Assembly: GCA_041649295.1 (NCBI GenBank)
Contig: JBAZNI010000001.1
Location: forward strand, 394,991 to 458,990
DNA from: Candidatus Pacearchaeota archaeon
Lineage (GTDB): Archaea > Nanobdellota > Nanobdellia > Pacearchaeales > GW2011-AR1
Length of the DNA stretch: 64,000 bases
Direction of reading: 5' to 3'
This document shows positions 61,326 through 64,000 of the stretch, piece by piece. A model generated the notes under the pieces. That model saw only the letters and a program-made list of their open reading frames with translations, ran no database searches and was not told the DNA's origin. Position 1 is the stretch's first letter; every line of letters begins with the position of its first letter. The position numbers and the translations under genes were made by a program.

Positions 61326-61772
61326 TTATTTTTCCAGCTCTTTTAAGTAATCTCTTATTCTTTCAATGCTTGGCTCGACAATAAACTTCTGAATTTTTTC
61401 ATCAAATATTTCCCCAAGTGTCTGGAATTCAGAAAGCCAGTAAAGATTATTTTGTTTTTCTATAATCATGCTGTCTTTTAATCTTTTTAACTGCCTTCTC
61501 ACATTGCTTTCTGCAAGCCCCTTTAGTTCAAGATTATTCTGTTTTCTTAAAACCTCAACTTTGTTTTTAATATCATCAGCACTTATTTTATTCTTTAATT
61601 TTTGCTCATCTATTAATACTGCTAGAATATCTATAATAATATCCCGGCTGTCACCTGGCTGCAATAAACCAAGCGATAGGCATATTTTTTTAACTAATTG
61701 CCGTCTGTCAATATTGTAAGGTTTTTCATACTTTCTTAATATTATCTCGTTTAATGGGATATCTTTTGGCAT
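61326..61772 (-). CDS. hypothetical protein, possibly a winged-helix DNA-binding protein (148 aa)
   Basis: ORF. The central SNVRRQLKRLKDSMIIEK is wHTH-like, which is weak. Confidence 0.4.
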   Translation of the reverse strand: MPKDIPLNEIILRKYEKPYNIDRRQLVKKICLSLGLLQPGDSRDIIIDILAVLIDEQKLKNKISADDIKNKVEVLRKQNNLELKGLAESNVRRQLKRLKDSMIIEKQNNLYWLSEFQTLGEIFDEKIQKFIVEPSIERIRDYLKELEK

Positions 61773-62003
61773 AGGATAACATATAATAAACAGTTTATAA
61801 TACTTGCTCCTGTTTCTGTTTTAATTTAGTTTAACCTTACAGACAGCTTTCCACTTGCTTACTAATTTATATATTATTTTGACTGCTGTTAATGATAAAT
61901 CTTAGAAGTAAATTTTTTTATATTAAAATATATATTTATAATTCCAAAATCTCTCACTTAACACCATATAAAAACTTATAAATATGTTGCTTTTATTTAT
62001 TTT

Positions 62004-62354
62004 ATGGAGCTTGTAGCATTATTATCAAGTGGAAAAGGAACATGGGCTCAGGTTTCTGGTTTAATGAAACAGGGGGAATGGGACAAGATAATTCTAATTG
62101 GCAGTGATTTTGCAAAGGATTTTACTTCTGAAGCTAAATTTGAATTTATTCAGGTTGATTTGGATAAAAAACTTGTCGAATTAAAAAAAGAGCTTCTTGA
62201 AAAACTGAAAGGAAAAATTGATGGAACAGAAGTTGCACTTACAATTGCATCTGGCAGTGGCAAGGAACACATGGCAATTATCTCTGCTTTGCTTTCAATA
62301 CCTGCAGGGATAAGATTTACAGCTTTAACAAAAGATGGAATTGTTTATTTGTAA
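62004..62354 (+). CDS. hypothetical protein (116 aa)
   Basis: ORF only. Confidence 0.45.
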   Translation: MELVALLSSGKGTWAQVSGLMKQGEWDKIILIGSDFAKDFTSEAKFEFIQVDLDKKLVELKKELLEKLKGKIDGTEVALTIASGSGKEHMAIISALLSIPAGIRFTALTKDGIVYL

Positions 62355-62428
62355 TAAACTTAAATTTAGTTAAATTAGTAATATAAAATCAAAAATTATA
62401 AAAACTCTGATTCTTATTTAATCTTAAT

Positions 62429-62764
62429 ATGATGCCTGGAATTAATCCTGCGAAAATGAAGCAGATGATGAAACAGATGGGAATTTCCCAGGAAGAAATT
62501 GATGCCTTAAGAGTTATAATTGAAAAATCTGATGGCAAAATTATTATCGAAAATCCTTCTGTAGTTAAAATTAACATGTCTGGAAATGAAAGCTTTCAGA
62601 TTTCAGGGGATATTAGTGAAGAAAGTGGCGCTGGTGAAGAGGGGTTTAGTGATGAAGATATTGAGCTTATTATCAACAAAACAGGCAAGTCAAAAGATGA
62701 AGTGATTGAAAGCCTTGCAAAAACAGGCGACATAGCAGAGACAATTATGGAACTGAGTGAATAA
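62429..62764 (+). CDS. nac: nascent polypeptide-associated complex protein (NAC domain + UBA)
   Basis: MMPGINPAKMKQMMKQMGI N-terminus, NAC beta-barrel region and a C-terminal UBA-like DEVIESLAKTGDIAETIMEL. Confidence 0.88.
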   Translation: MMPGINPAKMKQMMKQMGISQEEIDALRVIIEKSDGKIIIENPSVVKINMSGNESFQISGDISEESGAGEEGFSDEDIELIINKTGKSKDEVIESLAKTGDIAETIMELSE

Positions 62765-62797
62765 ATGTTTTTAAAGAGTGTTTAATAATTGATTTAT

Positions 62798-63118
62798 ATG
62801 GTTAGAATAAAGGCATCATTTTGTTTCCCTTCACTTCATAAAATAACCCCGTTAAGAAGGTTAACTCCTGAAGGATTTGACCAAATTAAAGATTGTTTAA
62901 CACCTGTTTGCAGATTAGAGAAACAATGGGTTCCTTTTCCTTGTGATGAACAGAGAGGTGATATAATAAAATTGCATGCTGAACTTGGAGTTGTCCAAGA
63001 TTATGGAGAAGCTTACTTTTTAGCTAATCGGGTAAATTTAGTTTTTACTTGTGAAGATGTGCCTAATTCTAATTATGTTAACATCCATGTTTATAGAGAT
63101 AATTCTAAACATAAATAA
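62798..63118 (+). CDS. hypothetical protein (106 aa orphan)
   Basis: ORF. ATG at 62798 is preferred over the TTG at 62789. Confidence 0.4.
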   Translation: MVRIKASFCFPSLHKITPLRRLTPEGFDQIKDCLTPVCRLEKQWVPFPCDEQRGDIIKLHAELGVVQDYGEAYFLANRVNLVFTCEDVPNSNYVNIHVYRDNSKHK

Positions 63119-63166
63119 TTGTTTAATTATATAAATATTTTTAAACTTAAACATTCTTATGTTTCT

Positions 63167-63478
63167 ATGAAGGATGTTGTTTTGCTTGATACGCTTGATT
63201 TTGACCGTGAAAAAGATAATCTTATACCTATTTGTCCGCCTAGGATTTTTTTTGTAAAGGGAGATAATTTATCTGAACGCCAATTAAAAGAGCGCATAAA
63301 GGAAACAGCACGATATGAAGCAGAAAATAATAGTGGACTTTACTTAGATGAGAGGACTGTTTATTATGCTTATGATGCTAGGTCTATTGATCAAGTAATG
63401 TTTTCTCTTGGGGTATATATAAGAAGAGAGGGTTTTGAATCACAAGAAAAAACAAAAGCATCAGGCAACAGAACTTGA
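63167..63478 (+). CDS. hypothetical protein (103 aa from the ATG; track ORF starts at a TTG at 63119)
   Basis: ORF only. Confidence 0.4.
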   Translation: MKDVVLLDTLDFDREKDNLIPICPPRIFFVKGDNLSERQLKERIKETARYEAENNSGLYLDERTVYYAYDARSIDQVMFSLGVYIRREGFESQEKTKASGNRT

Positions 63479-63526
63479 GGAGATTAAATTCAATAGTTTT
63501 TTATACCTGCAGATTCTTTTAATGTT

Positions 63527-64000
63527 ATGAACATTAAAAATATTGAAATCGGAACAAGAGTTAAACTGCACACAAAACAGGGAGATTTTGAGTGTGTTGT
63601 TTTAGAAGCTCCTGAATCTGGAATAATACTTGCAAAACTTGATTCTGGATATAATATAGGAATAAAAGAAGAAGATATCCTTGATTTAAATGTTATTAAA
63701 GAAAAAGCTGAAAAAACTTCTAAAAAAATAGAGTTTAAAAAAATCACTCCAGATAAAAACCTGCCGAATATAGCGCTTGTTTCAACAGGAGGGACAATAA
63801 GCTCAAGATTAGATTATAAAACAGGAGGGGTTAAATGGCTTACAAATCCTGACGAGCTTCTTAATTTTTACCCTGAACTGCTTGGAATTGCAAACATAAT
63901 AAAAGTTGAAATGCCTTTTATGAAAGCAAGTGAGAATATGTCTTCAAAAGAGTGGAAAAAACTTTCAGATGTTGTTTCGAGATTATTAAATAATTCAAAT
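63527..64000 (+). CDS. gatD: Glu-tRNA(Gln) amidotransferase subunit D, N-terminal part (runs off window)
   Basis: Own translation: MNIKNIEIGTRVKLHTKQGDFECVVLE...PNIALVSTGGTISSRLDYKTGGV. It has the asparaginase-type TGGTI motif after the GatD N-terminal barrel. It is absent from the ORF track because there is no stop in the window. Confidence 0.8.
   Translation, partial: MNIKNIEIGTRVKLHTKQGDFECVVLEAPESGIILAKLDSGYNIGIKEEDILDLNVIKEKAEKTSKKIEFKKITPDKNLPNIALVSTGGTISSRLDYKTGGVKWLTNPDELLNFYPELLGIANIIKVEMPFMKASENMSSKEWKKLSDVVSRLLNNSN

Noticed and set aside
1-64000. Diversity-generating retroelement, CRISPR-Cas, rRNA operon, or known defence systems.
   Set aside because: Reading the track and sequence revealed no reverse transcriptase, cas genes, repeat-spacer array or rRNA-like GC-rich block. 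A template/variable-region repeat pair could escape detection by eye.

Overview
The window is visibly AT-rich archaeal chromosome. Its gene content fits a reduced, DPANN-type (Woese-/Pace-/Nanoarchaeota-like) genome. The backbone is informational and housekeeping: aIF5B, aIF2-gamma, aIF2-beta, aIF1A, aRF1, ValRS, GatD, S6e, L15e, NAC, TBP, ATP-dependent DNA ligase, an intein-containing MCM, an RPA-like OB-fold protein, Dus and diphthamide synthase. A compact dNTP island follows: NrdR, NrdD, NrdG, NAD kinase, Dut, a ThyX-like protein, dCMP deaminase and a ThyA-like protein. Four tRNA genes are present, and three carry introns of 36, 116 and about 225 nt. Three things stand out. (1) Every tRNA gene has a nearby duplicate of its own 3' end. 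At two of them the duplicates bracket cassettes with inverted-repeat ends and no integrase or transposase: a tandem array at tRNA-Arg (5.67-10.3 kb) and a 547-bp single-ORF element at 52.4-52.9 kb. (2) Two enzymes are split by stop/restart junctions. NrdD has its glycyl-radical domain on a separate 44-codon ORF with its own Shine-Dalgarno. Dph2 is in two pieces. (3) A minus-strand locus of about 8.5 kb (22.3-30.9 kb) encodes secreted or membrane proteins. These include a 1001-aa Cys-rich protein with thrombospondin-type-1-like W-x-x-W repeats and a long basic cytoplasmic tail, K/E-rich coiled-coil proteins, and a secretion-ATPase N-domain that lacks its ATPase. Other items: a prokaryotic pentameric ligand-gated channel homologue, two toxin-antitoxin pairs, a free-standing LAGLIDADG gene flanked by a 15-bp direct repeat, an IS200/IS605 remnant, a conserved intergenic element present twice, and many compositionally atypical ~100-aa orphan genes between core genes. 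I saw no CRISPR array, rRNA or reverse transcriptase. All calls come from reading the sequence and motif recall; no searches were run.
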